Origin: Candidatus Latescibacterota bacterium
GTDB lineage: Bacteria; Latescibacterota; UBA2968; GCA-2709665
Direction of reading: 5' to 3'
NCBI GenBank assembly: GCA_965203805.1
Contig: OZ241917.1
Coordinates: forward strand, 1,216,001-1,280,000
DNA length: 64,000 nt
Every line of letters begins with the position of its first letter. The stretch's first letter is position 1. The position numbers and the translations under genes are program-made. Of this stretch, positions 21,551 through 32,189 are shown one piece after another. The notes under the pieces were generated by a model. It had not been told where the DNA came from and made no database searches. It worked only from the letters and a program-made list of their open reading frames with translations.

Positions 21551-22200
21551 TTGGTCCTCGTGCGGTTTCTCCATCGCGTCCTGACAGGTCGCCGAAGAGC
21601 GGAGAGACGGTAGAGGATAGCTATTACAGCAGGTGTTTCCACACAAACCGTGCCTGTTTCTTTACCGTTTGCGTAATGACAAGAAAATCCATAGGGCACA
21701 CATATCGTCTCCCGTCTACCCTCTCCCGACTCCCCTCTTTCCCTGGGAGCGAGGGCATCTTGCCCTCGTTGCGCCCCGTTGTGGTCTTTCCGCTTCACGG
21801 CGCACACGTCGACAGATTTCGTTTGTGGTTCAAGTTGACTGTTGAAGACGGATAGCTGATTCTTGCTGCTTTTCGACCGCAGGGGGGAGAGGTCGCCCAC
21901 CACGCACCGAAACTGTCGCAATATGAAACCCATACGTCGGGCGTTGGTTGATCACGGATGCTCAGATTCGTAAATTGCGGACGGGTTAAGCGCCACCGCG
22001 CAGAATATATCAGTCGTATATGGCTGGAGGGAGGATGGACGACTTACAATTGCAGGTATGATGTGGCTGAATTGAACCTCGGACTCTGTGCCTACAATAA
22101 TGAGACGGTTCTCCTTTGTAAATTAAGCAACAATTGAGAGAGCAAAGGAGCGCCTAACGATGGCGATTTAAAGGATGTCAGCTCGATCAATTAATAGTGC

Positions 22201-24630
22201 TTATTCATCTCGCAAGGCATCAATCGGATTGGCTTGTGCTGCGCGGACTGCCTGGATACTAACGGTTACGAATGCAATGATCAGAGCCAGCATCGCGCTC
22301 ACGACAAAGGGCACGACGGTTAAGGACGTCCGATACGCAAATCCGGAAAGCCAGTCGCGCATCAGATAGTAGGCGATTGGCCAGGCGACCACGCTGGCAA
22401 CGAGAATAAGAAGCAGGAATTCACGCGAGAGCAGCATCACCAGATGCGACGTGGATGCGCCAAGTACCTTTCGAACGCCGATTTCCTTAGTGCGAGACTG
22501 GACCATAAACGCCACAAGTCCGAACAACCCTATGCACGCCACGAAGATTGCCAGCAATGAAAATACCCCGAGCATTCTACCGGTGCGTCTCTCGCTGGAA
22601 TAGATCCGCTCCATGAACTCGTCCATGAAGTGATATTCAAAGTGTTCCCCGGGCACAAAGCGTTTCCATCGCGATTCCAGAAAAGCCAGGGTCTGCGCGG
22701 TGCCTTCCGGCCGGATGCGCAGGTTCAGCGAACGAAAGAACTCCCAGCGGGAGATAAAACCCAGGGGCTCTATTTCTTCTCGCAACGACAAGCCGTGGTA
22801 GTCTTTCACAACGCCAATAACTGTCACCACTTGGTTCTTGAAGGCAGGCGACTCGATCTGTCTGCCAATCGGATCATCTACCCAACCGAGCAGACGCACG
22901 GCCGTTTCATTCAGAATAATGGCCTGTGATGCATCACTGGCAACATCGGCTGAAAAAGCGCGACCGCGCAGCACGGGGACTTCAAATGTCTCGAAGAATG
23001 AACCGTCGACTTCGTTTACGCGAATTGTCCGTTCTCGTGTGCGGTCCCCATCGGGCCAGATCAAGCGCGGCCGTCCTGCGTATCCCGCTATTGGGTACCG
23101 TACTGCCGACGCACTCAGGACATTGGGGTGTTCGAGGAAACCCTGCTTCACCATCTCGTGGCGTGCCGACAGACGTTTTTGCGGGTTCGGTTCCGCGAAT
23201 AAGTCATGACCGAAAATGGGTAAACTCACAATGTGATCGCGTGTAAACCCCATATCTTTAGTGTCCATGAATCGCAATTGCTGATAGACGATGAGGGTGC
23301 AGACGACCAGCAAAATGGACGTACCAAACTGAAAGACGACGAGACCCTTCTTCAGCCATGCGGTTCCAGAGGATGAAAACGCGCCGCCCTTTAGCGCGGT
23401 TGCCGGGAGAAAGGAGGACAGGTAGAATGCAGGATACGCGCCTGCCAGGAGGCCGGCCAATACCGTTAACGCGATTACCGACGGCGCGCAGACCGCCACT
23501 AATGCAGCATTGAGCTCTAACTCGTTGTATACAAACTGGTTGAATAGGGGCAGAAATACATCGACAAACGCCAGGGCAATCAGCAGCGCGATGCCGGTCA
23601 AGAGCAGGGATTCACCCAGGAACTGAACCATCAGTTGCGGCCGGTGCGCCCCGACCACCTTTCGCACGCCGACTTCCCGCTTCCGGGTAACAGCCCGCGC
23701 AGTCGCCAGATTGGTAAAATTCACGCACGCGATGACGACAACGATCACTCCGATGGTCGCCAGCAGATAAATTCGTTGAATACGGCCGCCGTCCGTGGGA
23801 TTGAAATCGGATGTGCCGTACAGGTACACACGGTGAATCGGTTGGAGATGAAACGCTGATTTTGCCGCAACTTCACCCCCCATGAACCGCTCGATTAGCG
23901 ACTGCATTCTCGATTGCAGGGATTTGTGGTCTTGTCCCGCTTTGAGTAGTACGAAAGTTTCCACCGGCCGCCAGGAGAGCAATGGCTGCCACATTGTCCA
24001 CTTGTCCCGCACTTCCGCGACTGTCGTCGCCGTTGTTGAGAGGATCTGAAAATAGAGGTCTGACGAGGGATGCGGCGCCTTCAGGATCCCTGCCACTGTA
24101 TATTCGCCGGGAAACACGGTGCTTTCGACTGAGAAAGACCGGCCCATCGGGTCATCGTCGCCAAACAGGTGGCGAGCCATGTCCTCGGTAACGATCACCG
24201 AGTTTGGGAATCTAAATGCAATCTCCGGATCGCCACGTATCAAGTCGAAATCAAAGACTCTCAGAAAGCCGTCGTCAACCAGCGCGAACTCATACTCACC
24301 CGTGCGCTCTCCGTATTGTGCGTTCACGGGCCATCGCCAGAAACGTATGGTTGTTTCTACCTCGGGAAACGACGCTTCCAACTCCGGTCCGAGCGCGCCC
24401 GAGGTTCCGCTCTCGTAGGTTGTTCGCGTTGTTTTGCGCACTTCTCGAATCACTTTGTAAATCCGATCGCCCAGAGTGTAGAATCTATCGACCGAAAACT
24501 CCTGGTTGACGTACAACAGGATCAGAATGGCACCCGCCAACCCGATTGCGAGACCCAACACATTGACGGCGGTGTACAATTTGTGCCGCAGCAAGTTGCG
24601 GACAGCGACAGTCAGGAGATTCTTGATCAC
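22201..24630 (-). CDS. Duplicated MacB/FtsX-type ABC permease
   Basis: RNLLRHK...GLAIG, two REVGVRKVVGA/KEIGVRKVLGA motifs, ANPIDALRDE end. Confidence 0.93.
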   Translation of the reverse strand: MIKNLLTVAVRNLLRHKLYTAVNVLGLAIGLAGAILILLYVNQEFSVDRFYTLGDRIYKVIREVRKTTRTTYESGTSGALGPELEASFPEVETTIRFWRWPVNAQYGERTGEYEFALVDDGFLRVFDFDLIRGDPEIAFRFPNSVIVTEDMARHLFGDDDPMGRSFSVESTVFPGEYTVAGILKAPHPSSDLYFQILSTTATTVAEVRDKWTMWQPLLSWRPVETFVLLKAGQDHKSLQSRMQSLIERFMGGEVAAKSAFHLQPIHRVYLYGTSDFNPTDGGRIQRIYLLATIGVIVVVIACVNFTNLATARAVTRKREVGVRKVVGAHRPQLMVQFLGESLLLTGIALLIALAFVDVFLPLFNQFVYNELELNAALVAVCAPSVIALTVLAGLLAGAYPAFYLSSFLPATALKGGAFSSSGTAWLKKGLVVFQFGTSILLVVCTLIVYQQLRFMDTKDMGFTRDHIVSLPIFGHDLFAEPNPQKRLSARHEMVKQGFLEHPNVLSASAVRYPIAGYAGRPRLIWPDGDRTRERTIRVNEVDGSFFETFEVPVLRGRAFSADVASDASQAIILNETAVRLLGWVDDPIGRQIESPAFKNQVVTVIGVVKDYHGLSLREEIEPLGFISRWEFFRSLNLRIRPEGTAQTLAFLESRWKRFVPGEHFEYHFMDEFMERIYSSERRTGRMLGVFSLLAIFVACIGLFGLVAFMVQSRTKEIGVRKVLGASTSHLVMLLSREFLLLILVASVVAWPIAYYLMRDWLSGFAYRTSLTVVPFVVSAMLALIIAFVTVSIQAVRAAQANPIDALRDE

Positions 24631-24776
24631 AGGCGTCTGTCTCCGTTCGAGTGCTCATCCTCGAATAAAAAGCACGAGAACGATTTCGATTGGAAGGAAG
24701 GTGTAGTATTGCCCGTCTGGCAACGTGCCCGGAAGCAAGCTGCGTCAATATCATCAACCCACCACCCAATTTCAAT

Positions 24777-24793
24777 AGCAATAACCCTGCCAA
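24777..24793 (-). promoter_or_regulatory. Sigma54 (-24/-12) promoter of the permease
   Basis: TTGGCAGGGTTATTGCT with GG-N10-GC spacing. Confidence 0.8.
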
Positions 24794-24856
24794 ACAACTT
24801 AAATATATAAATAATAACAGGTTGCAGATTTATGTACAAATCAGCTGCCTAAAAAG

Positions 24857-24896
24857 TGTTCGATTTCAATACAGTACTGTCCGATTTCGATACAGT
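24857..24896. promoter_or_regulatory. Tandem enhancer-binding-protein sites
   Basis: TGTTCGATTTCAATACAGT and TGTCCGATTTCGATACAGT (TGT-N11-ACA), 21-bp period, about 65-100 bp upstream of the sigma54 site. Confidence 0.7.
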
Positions 24897-25020
24897 CGCA
24901 CGCGACCAGGGTGGCGGCGTTGGGCCGTAATTGCTCGTGTAAACAGGCAATAATGATCAGGGAATGCGGCTCTAGTGCGCCACGAGAGGCCGGGCGCCTG
25001 CCTGCGCAGCGTACTGCGCT

Positions 25021-25165
25021 GCAGGCAGGCCCGCAAGGGACGCCCCTACAAGGCGTGGGGAGTGATTGCAACGTCAAGTTGCTTTATCGATTCGCTCGAT
25101 GGAATCTTCTATTTGAATTTCATCGGGAGACTTTGAGGTGGGCAGACAGGAATGTCCGCCCCGCC
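25021..25165. repeat. Two REP-like palindromic elements
   Basis: Minus-strand GTAGGGGCG... at 25041-25049 and hairpin GGGCAGACAGGAATGTCCGCCC at 25140-25161. Confidence 0.5.
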
Positions 25166-25234
25166 ATCGTACACGTTTTCTGAACGGCTCGACCTGCCGC
25201 TGATCGGATGTACCAGTCTAACGGGAGTGCGAAG

Positions 25235-26020
25235 ATGGTGTTCGGACGAACAGGGTTGGCGACGATAGTTCTGACGATTCTCGCGCTTGCTGCCGCGGGT
25301 GTCGCCACAGAACCGAGCGATGAGGACCTGAAGGACGTCCGGAGGCGGGCCGGGCGAGGGGATGCGGAGGCCCAGTTCGTTCTCGGCACGATGTACGGCA
25401 ACGGTCTCGGCGTTCCACGGGACTTCGCTGAGGCGGTCAGGTGGTTCCGTCCGGCCGCCGAGCAGGGTCACGCGGCGGCGCAAAACAGCCTGGGATGGAT
25501 GTACGCCAACGGCCTCGGCGTAGAGCGGGATCACGCCCAGGCGATCAGATGGTACCGCGCCGCGGCGAATCAGGGGCACGCCGACGCCCGGTTCAATCTT
25601 GGCACGGCGTATAACAGGGGCCGCGGCGTGAAACAGGACCGCGCAAAAGCGCTCGCTTTCTATCGCGAGGCCGCCCGCCAGGACCACGCAGGCGCCCAGT
25701 ACCTCCTGGGAATCATGTACGCCAACGCCCGCGGGGCGCCCCGGGACTACGCAAAAGCGTTCAAATGGTTCCGCCTGGCTGCCGACCAGGGCTTTGCACG
25801 AGCGCGATCTCAACTCGGGATGATGTACGCCATGGGCCTCGGCGTGGAACGGGACGACGTTACCGCCCACGCGCACTGCAATCTGGCCGCCGCCGCGGGA
25901 GACAGCCTGGGCGGCGTCGTGCGCGACAACCTGGAAAAGTCGATGACGCCCGCGCAGATCGCGCAGGCCCGCCAACTCGCAGAAGAATGGCGCAAGAAAG
26001 CAGGGAACGTGAAGGAATGA
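25235..26020 (+). CDS. Secreted Sel1-repeat protein
   Basis: Signal peptide plus about five AQ..LG.MY..G.GV..D...A..W...AA.QG repeats. Confidence 0.93.
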   Translation: MVFGRTGLATIVLTILALAAAGVATEPSDEDLKDVRRRAGRGDAEAQFVLGTMYGNGLGVPRDFAEAVRWFRPAAEQGHAAAQNSLGWMYANGLGVERDHAQAIRWYRAAANQGHADARFNLGTAYNRGRGVKQDRAKALAFYREAARQDHAGAQYLLGIMYANARGAPRDYAKAFKWFRLAADQGFARARSQLGMMYAMGLGVERDDVTAHAHCNLAAAAGDSLGGVVRDNLEKSMTPAQIAQARQLAEEWRKKAGNVKE

Positions 26021-26259
26021 TCGGGACGGATCGCAAGAGAACGGGGATTGCGCAGTGAGTTAAAATGCACGCGGAGAGCGGCAGGTCTCGACAAGAACAA
26101 CCCCTCCGAGAGTGACGCGACGGCAGGAACTTGGGAATTTCTCGAAAAAACGAGGCCCCTGAGATTCGGGGGCCTTTATTGTCGACCGGGGCGGACTGGA
26201 TGCGCGCACTTCGGACAAGAATCGGGACGCCGCCGAGACGGGAAACGCTCTGGCGTCAC

Positions 26260-26883
26260 TCAATCAGCCAACTGTCTCTTGGACAAATCAATGGTAACGG
26301 AAAGTCGAGGATCTCCTATAGGGTCGCCCTGCCTCGGATGTTCCAGAAACGTAATGCTATCGTAGAAATCATCCAGCGATACAAATACGCCGTACTGTTC
26401 AGCCCATTCCCTCATCCTTCGATTGCAGCTGTACTTCCACGATACGACCTCAATTCGCCATCCGCGCTTTTGCATTCGAGACAAATCGGCGTGAAATCCT
26501 ACGCCATCCAGAAAGCCTGCGCCGTCGCCGGTCAACATGACGACTGTGCCTGGATCTCCATTGTTGTCGAAACCATCCCGCAACACTTCTGTCTGCAATA
26601 TCTGGTCTACTCCCTGTTCGCGACCGTACAGGGTACCTCGTTCCAGCAGCCTCACCTCCACACCGCTGTTTTCCAACCGATTCCAAACACTTCTCAGTTC
26701 CGGCGGGACGGAACCAGCGGCAACTGCCCGTCTGACAGTTCGCCCCGCGTGCGCCAACTTCAATATATTCGGGAAATGAATCCGTACTCGAGACCGGGCC
26801 GATTCGCCTTCCCTCTCAACGGCAACGTCCTGAGCACCAATAAAGATGTTGGAATTATCCCAATAGATGAAAACATCATCCAT
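26260..26883 (-). CDS. NYN-domain (PIN-like) protein
   Basis: YWDNSN, EQGVD, LTGDG...F, GWRIEVVSW. Confidence 0.85.
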   Translation of the reverse strand: MDDVFIYWDNSNIFIGAQDVAVEREGESARSRVRIHFPNILKLAHAGRTVRRAVAAGSVPPELRSVWNRLENSGVEVRLLERGTLYGREQGVDQILQTEVLRDGFDNNGDPGTVVMLTGDGAGFLDGVGFHADLSRMQKRGWRIEVVSWKYSCNRRMREWAEQYGVFVSLDDFYDSITFLEHPRQGDPIGDPRLSVTIDLSKRQLAD

Positions 26884-27309
26884 CGTCCATTACCCCCGTA
26901 TCTTGCCAATCCGTGATTCGAGAAGCTGTTCCATCGTGGCATGTAAATCGGTCCGATACTCCTCCCGTGCACGTGCCGCACGCGTTTGCATCACGTATCC
27001 CATCTTCCACATCTCCACTCACAGTACTCACGATCAAGCTTGTCGATTTGTGCTGCATATGCAGCAATCCAACTATGGAAATCACCACAATTTCGTAGCA
27101 TCTTGTCAAGTAGAAACATCCTATCGATCAACCACAGTGTACGCCCAACAATCTAAACGCGCGGCGGGAACGCTACAATTGGACGACCACCCATTGACGT
27201 ATTTAATGTTCATTTCAAACGACAGTCGAGGTGCTGCACATCCGATCCAAATTAAACACGAGGCCATCAATCATCGCAACAGTCACGGCGCATGCACACG
27301 AATTTTCAG

Positions 27310-27337
27310 TTGACTTTTTGCATTCAAAATGCATAAT
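27310..27337 (+). promoter_or_regulatory. Promoter with overlapping palindrome, near-leaderless
   Basis: TTGACT-16 nt-CATAAT; TGCATT-N3-AATGCA palindrome at 27319-27333; ATG at 27346. Confidence 0.55.
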
Positions 27338-27345
27338 TTTCAGTC

Positions 27346-28569
27346 ATGGCCCTGCATTACATCAAACGCTCGCTGGAACCTGTCCTCAGGAAGGCGGCCG
27401 CCGAATTCCCCGCCGTCGTCCTGACCGGACCGCGCCAGTCCGGCAAAACGACGCTGCTCCAGCGTCTCTTTGCCGGGCGGTACGCATACGTCTCTCTCGA
27501 GCCGCCGGACGTTCGCGCGGCCGCCGTCGACGACCCACGCGGGTTCCTGGAACTGTATAGGGCGCCGGTCATCTTCGACGAGGTGCACTACGCGCCCGAT
27601 CTGCTACCGTATATCAAGGAAAAGATCGACGCAGACCGAAGCAGGAAGGGTCAATATCTGTTGACAGGCTCACAGAACCTCCTGTTCGCGCAAAACGTGA
27701 CCGAGTCGCTGGCCGGCCGCGCAGCGATGCTTCGCCTGTTGCCGCTGTCGAGGCGTGAAGCCGAGCGGCGCCCGCAATACGCTCTCCCATGGGAGCGCGA
27801 ACGCCAATCGACCCCGGATTCTGCACGCGGTTTCGGTGAACTGTGGAAGGGATTTCTTCAGGGCGGTTTCCCGGAACTTGCAGCCCAACCCGAACGGGAT
27901 GTCTCGCTCTGGCACGCCAGCTACATTCAGACCTATCTGGAACGGGACGTACGCAGTCTGCGGCAGGTAGGCGACCTCACACAGTATCAGAACTTCCTGC
28001 GGGTTCTGGCCGCCCGAAGCGCCCAGCTACTTCGGCTGACCGACGTGGCTCGCGATCTCGGGGTCGCGGTCAATACCGTCAAAGCCTGGCTGTCCGTACT
28101 TGAGGCCACCTATCAGGTAATCGTCCTGCGGCCCTACTTCGCGAACGTCGGGAAACGGCTCGTCAAAACCCCGAAAGTCTATTTCACGGACGTTGGCACA
28201 TTGTGCTACCTGGTCGGTCTCAAGGATCCGGAGCATGCTGCCTCCGGACCCATGGGCGGCGCTCTGCTTGAAACGGCCGTTCTGTCCGAAATCGTCCGGG
28301 CGTTGACCCACCGCGGGATCGATCCGCAGGTCTATTTCTGGCGAACTCTGGCGGGATTGGAAGTTGATTTCGTCGTTGATACAGGCGCCGGTCTCGTCCC
28401 CATCGAAGTGAAGTCGTCCGCGACGCCGCGCTCGGGGATGGCTAACGCCATCAGGATGTTCCAGGGCGACCTGGATGGGGTTGCAAGACAGGGATACGTC
28501 GTCCATCCCGGCGACGTCCGTGTACCGCTTGGGCCGGCTGTAACCGCCCTGCCCTTCGCCGACCTCTAA
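27346..28569 (+). CDS. AAA+ ATPase with DUF4143 C-terminal domain
   Basis: GPRQSGKT, FDEVH, LTGS, GGFP, YLERD, KTPKVYFTD.G, EVDF...PIEVK. Confidence 0.93.
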   Translation: MALHYIKRSLEPVLRKAAAEFPAVVLTGPRQSGKTTLLQRLFAGRYAYVSLEPPDVRAAAVDDPRGFLELYRAPVIFDEVHYAPDLLPYIKEKIDADRSRKGQYLLTGSQNLLFAQNVTESLAGRAAMLRLLPLSRREAERRPQYALPWERERQSTPDSARGFGELWKGFLQGGFPELAAQPERDVSLWHASYIQTYLERDVRSLRQVGDLTQYQNFLRVLAARSAQLLRLTDVARDLGVAVNTVKAWLSVLEATYQVIVLRPYFANVGKRLVKTPKVYFTDVGTLCYLVGLKDPEHAASGPMGGALLETAVLSEIVRALTHRGIDPQVYFWRTLAGLEVDFVVDTGAGLVPIEVKSSATPRSGMANAIRMFQGDLDGVARQGYVVHPGDVRVPLGPAVTALPFADL

Positions 28570-28701
28570 TGAGATCCCACAAGAATCTCCCCCGCCGTTC
28601 GATATAAGACGTGGGGGGCGAGGAAATCGGCAGGCTGTCGCTGATGGGAATTCGGAAACAAACAGTTCGCGGTTTGGTTCCAGGGCAGGCATTCGTGCAA
28701 T

Positions 28702-29094
28702 TTACAGTTGCGAAACGCCGTCGATCCGCGCTGCTTTTCTGTCGAAGGTGTAAAGCGGACCCGCTCCGGCGCGTTCGGCCGCCGCCAGGATCATCAGATC
28801 CGAAAATCCGCCGCCAGACGTACGGTACCGTATCGCCGAGCGAGCCACGTCGCCGGCCTCCTCGATGACGAGACCCTCCGTGGCCACCAGTTCCACAAGT
28901 ATCTTCGCAATGCGGCCAGACGAGAAGCCATAGGCCCGTTCCAGCACCCAGACGAGCTCGACGACCACCTCACGGCAGACGAAACCCGGTCGGTCGGCCG
29001 TGAGTGACTCCAGCAGCGCGCGGGCCGTCCCGGCCTGATGCTCGTCGTCCCGCACGAGAAAGCGAACGAGCACATTGGTATCCAGGCCGATCAT
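28702..29094 (-). CDS. vapC: VapC-family PIN toxin
   Basis: IGLDTNVLVR, ELVWVL, FSD, LYTFD. Confidence 0.92.
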   Translation of the reverse strand: MIGLDTNVLVRFLVRDDEHQAGTARALLESLTADRPGFVCREVVVELVWVLERAYGFSSGRIAKILVELVATEGLVIEEAGDVARSAIRYRTSGGGFSDLMILAAAERAGAGPLYTFDRKAARIDGVSQL

Positions 29095-29324
29095 TCGTCC
29101 GTCGCCCCGTCGGATACGGCCTTCTCCATCTCCTCGACGGTCAGGGCGCGACCTTGAACCCTCAGCACACCGAACAGCCGGCTGACGGGCTTCAGGGGCA
29201 GAAGGCGCACGTCGCCATCGGTAATGACGTACCGCAATCTGTCTCCCGTGTGTACGCCCAACGCCTCCCGAACGAACTTGGGAATTGTCGTCTGACCCTT
29301 CGTGGTGATTGTAGATTCATACAT
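29091..29324 (-). CDS. AbrB/MazE-family antitoxin
   Basis: STITTKGQTTIPK.VREALG...GD; 4-nt overlap with vapC. Confidence 0.92.
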   Translation of the reverse strand: MYESTITTKGQTTIPKFVREALGVHTGDRLRYVITDGDVRLLPLKPVSRLFGVLRVQGRALTVEEMEKAVSDGATDE

Positions 29325-29795
29325 TACAATGTCTCCTTTGCCCTGGAATATACAAATTTTCCTTACAAATTACAAGCGAACAAGGTGAAATTCATAGTTC
29401 TCCGGATTTTCTCGATTTCGTTTCCACCAGAGCTTTTCTTCCCGTCATTGAACCCTGCGTCGTTCTTCCCGAAATCACGTGGACTTCGGCATCCAACGTC
29501 GCCTGCGAATCGCCCTCGAACCCGCACGCTGAACCGCGGACCCCGGAAAATCCGACCGACCGTGAGGGTGAATCTGGATAAGGAAGCGATCCTCTCTTTA
29601 TAGAGTGCGATACGATACATTTGTTTCTTGACGGGCCCGGCACGAATGGATCGGTTCCCTATCAAACAACGCCGCTCAGATAAACGAAACCCCGACGGGC
29701 GATCCCATCGGGGTCTTCTGGCGTGCCGGCACCGGAGGGCGGCGCATCCGGACCAATCAATGTCTGTCACCTGACAATCTACAAGTCGTACCGCT

Positions 29796-30392
29796 CTATG
29801 TCTCGATAATCTCCCGCCAGACCGCCATCGCCCGCGTTTCCAGATCGGATAACGATCCCGCGTTTTCGATCACGTAGTCCGCCGCCGCGACCTTTTCCGA
29901 TTCCGGCAATTGCGACGCCATCCGGTCCCTCACTTCCGCATCGGTCAGCCCCTTCCGTTCCATGGCACGCTGAATCCGCACGGTTTCCGGCGCCGTGACC
30001 ACCACCAGGGCGTCGCACAGCGTGCGATGGTCCCCCCACTCCAGGATCAGCGCCGCGTCGATCACCACCGGCCGGTCCGGACGTTCGGAGCGAGAACGCT
30101 CCGCAGCCTCCCTCATCCTCCTGCCGAGCGACGGCCACACGATGGCGTTCAGTCGCTCCCGTGCGCCCGGCGAGGCGAAAGCGCGCCGGCCCAGTGCCCG
30201 GCGATTCAGTACGCCACGGTCGTCCAGAATATCGTTACCGAACGCCTGTGCCAGTCCCCGCAGGACGGCCGGTTCTTCCACCGCCTCCCTCCCCACCTCG
30301 TCCGCCTCGATCACCCGAGCGCCTTCCCTGGCGAAAACCTCGCATACGCGGCTCTTTCCCGCGCCGATGCCCCCTGTCACCCCGACGATCAC
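29796..30392 (-). CDS. coaE: Dephospho-CoA kinase
   Basis: GVTGGIGAGKS, LNR..LG...F, DAALI.E, RMASQ, ADYVIEN. Confidence 0.95.
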   Translation of the reverse strand: MIVGVTGGIGAGKSRVCEVFAREGARVIEADEVGREAVEEPAVLRGLAQAFGNDILDDRGVLNRRALGRRAFASPGARERLNAIVWPSLGRRMREAAERSRSERPDRPVVIDAALILEWGDHRTLCDALVVVTAPETVRIQRAMERKGLTDAEVRDRMASQLPESEKVAAADYVIENAGSLSDLETRAMAVWREIIET

Positions 30393-31330
30393 GACCGGTC
30401 CCCCGGCCGCCGCACCTTCAGGCGCAGTCGCAACGGCAACGCGTCTTCGGGAGACTCTTCATCCCAACCCTCGATAATCCGGCGGTTCCGGACCCGGACC
30501 GCGACAAATACGCCCAGAAGCAGGAACGTCATATAAATCCAGAGCGCCTCCGCCGACGTCAACAGGGCCGTTGCGCTGAATCGCCCCTCGGCGTATTCCG
30601 CCCATTCCCGTTCAAACTTCCCGGGCGTGAGCCCGGTGACCCGATACAGCGCAACGTCGAACGAGACCCCGCTCCCGAGCGACCTGACGATCTGTGCCAC
30701 GGCGTCGGGGCCGCCCAGATGGATCAGGTACAGGACGGCAAGCAGGCTCTCGGTATACGCCAGGCGCGCCCTGGAAGACGAAAAACCGAGGACGCCCTCG
30801 ATTTCTCCCAGCGGGACCAGTCCGCCGGAAAAAATCGCGTAGGAGACCTCGGTGCTTTCCCGGAGCCGCCATTCCTGAGCGGCCCACATGGCCACACCCT
30901 CGTCGAACCAGCGCGGAATCCGCGCACGCGACAGATGGTGCAGCAGAATATGAGAGAGTTCGTGCCGGGCCGTCTTCAAAACCTGTCCGCGCTGTCCCGG
31001 GAGAAGCCGCAGCACGGCGATCCGTTCGGCAGGGAACGCGCAACCCACTCCCCAGTGGGGAATACGTCCACGCGTGACGGCGTCGAACAACTGCTGGGAG
31101 CCCGCCACGTAGACGGTAACCGAAACATCCCGGCCTCCTCCCAGCTTTTCCGCGACCTCGGACCTCCCGTCGATCAGTTCATCCAGAAGGCCCCACGCCG
31201 CCTCGCGATCGATCTCCTGAAACCGTAGCGTCAGCCCTTCCCGTTCGAGTCGTTCCCAGCCCGCGGCCGAAACCGGCCGGCAGAGCAGGCAGACCGCCCA
31301 GATCAACGGGCAGAACCGCCGCGCGTTCAT
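30389..31330 (-). CDS. Peptidase MA-like zinc metalloprotease, exported and C-terminally anchored
   Basis: Signal peptide, HELSH...PRWFDEGVA, C-terminal transmembrane helix. Confidence 0.8.
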   Translation of the reverse strand: MNARRFCPLIWAVCLLCRPVSAAGWERLEREGLTLRFQEIDREAAWGLLDELIDGRSEVAEKLGGGRDVSVTVYVAGSQQLFDAVTRGRIPHWGVGCAFPAERIAVLRLLPGQRGQVLKTARHELSHILLHHLSRARIPRWFDEGVAMWAAQEWRLRESTEVSYAIFSGGLVPLGEIEGVLGFSSSRARLAYTESLLAVLYLIHLGGPDAVAQIVRSLGSGVSFDVALYRVTGLTPGKFEREWAEYAEGRFSATALLTSAEALWIYMTFLLLGVFVAVRVRNRRIIEGWDEESPEDALPLRLRLKVRRPGDRS

Positions 31331-32187
31331 CGTCTTTTCCTGTTGCCCAGATATTTGAAGAAATCCGTGCGCAGGGGCAAGACGACCGTGGTACCCTCCC
31401 CGAGCGTTTTCTCGTAGGCCTCCAGCGTGCGCTGGAACTCGTAGAACCGCGGGTCCCTCTGGAATGCCTGGGCATAGATGCCCAGCGCTTCCGCGTCGCC
31501 CTGGCCCCGGATCAACTGGGATTTCTGAAACGCATCGGACTTGATCCGCGTCACCTCCAGGTCGGTCTCAGCGCGGATCTTAAGCGCCGCCTCTTCCCCT
31601 TCTGCGCGATATTCTTTGGCCTGCCGGGCGCGCTCGGCCCGCATCCGGTCGAACACGTTCTTCTTGTTCTCCTCGGGCAGGTCGGCGCGTTTGACGCGTA
31701 CGTCCACCACCTCCACGCCCAGTTCGGCGGCGTCCTGGCGCGACCGCGCCGTGACCTTGTCCATAATCGCCCTGCGGTTCCCGGATACGATTTCGTCAAG
31801 CGTCCGCCGGCCCAGTTCCTCTCGCACAGCCGCGTAGATGATATCGTCCAGACGGGACTGGGCGCCTCGGACGGTCTGTACGGACTTCAGGAATTTCAGC
31901 GGGTTGACAATGCGCCACCTGGCGAAATTGTCAACAATCAGATTCTTCTTGTCCAGCGTGTAAATGGGCGCCGGATCCGCGTCGCTATACAGCAGACGGT
32001 CGTCGAAGGCGTGCAGCCGTTCGACAAACGGCACTTTCCAATGCAGACCGGGGCTCTGGATGGTACGCCTGGGTTCCCCCAGCCGGGTCACCACCACCTG
32101 TTCGCGCTCGTCAACGGTGAACAGGACGGACTCGATCAGCAAACCCGCCAACACGACCGCCACGATGGCCTTGATTATCGATTTCAT
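31327..32187 (-). CDS. hflC: FtsH modulator HflC
   Basis: SPFH domain; PGLHWKVP, DNFARWRI, RMRAER, GDAEA...Y. Confidence 0.95.
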   Translation of the reverse strand: MKSIIKAIVAVVLAGLLIESVLFTVDEREQVVVTRLGEPRRTIQSPGLHWKVPFVERLHAFDDRLLYSDADPAPIYTLDKKNLIVDNFARWRIVNPLKFLKSVQTVRGAQSRLDDIIYAAVREELGRRTLDEIVSGNRRAIMDKVTARSRQDAAELGVEVVDVRVKRADLPEENKKNVFDRMRAERARQAKEYRAEGEEAALKIRAETDLEVTRIKSDAFQKSQLIRGQGDAEALGIYAQAFQRDPRFYEFQRTLEAYEKTLGEGTTVVLPLRTDFFKYLGNRKRR

Positions 32188-32189
32188 CG

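Noticed and set aside
21527-21860. Heptamer repeats and pyrimidine-rich stretch as a functional array
   Set aside because: Few degenerate copies of low-complexity intergenic sequence, no associated gene
29560-29730. Possible riboswitch downstream of coaE
   Set aside because: No consensus match recognised; the hairpin near 29688-29716 is adequately explained as a terminator
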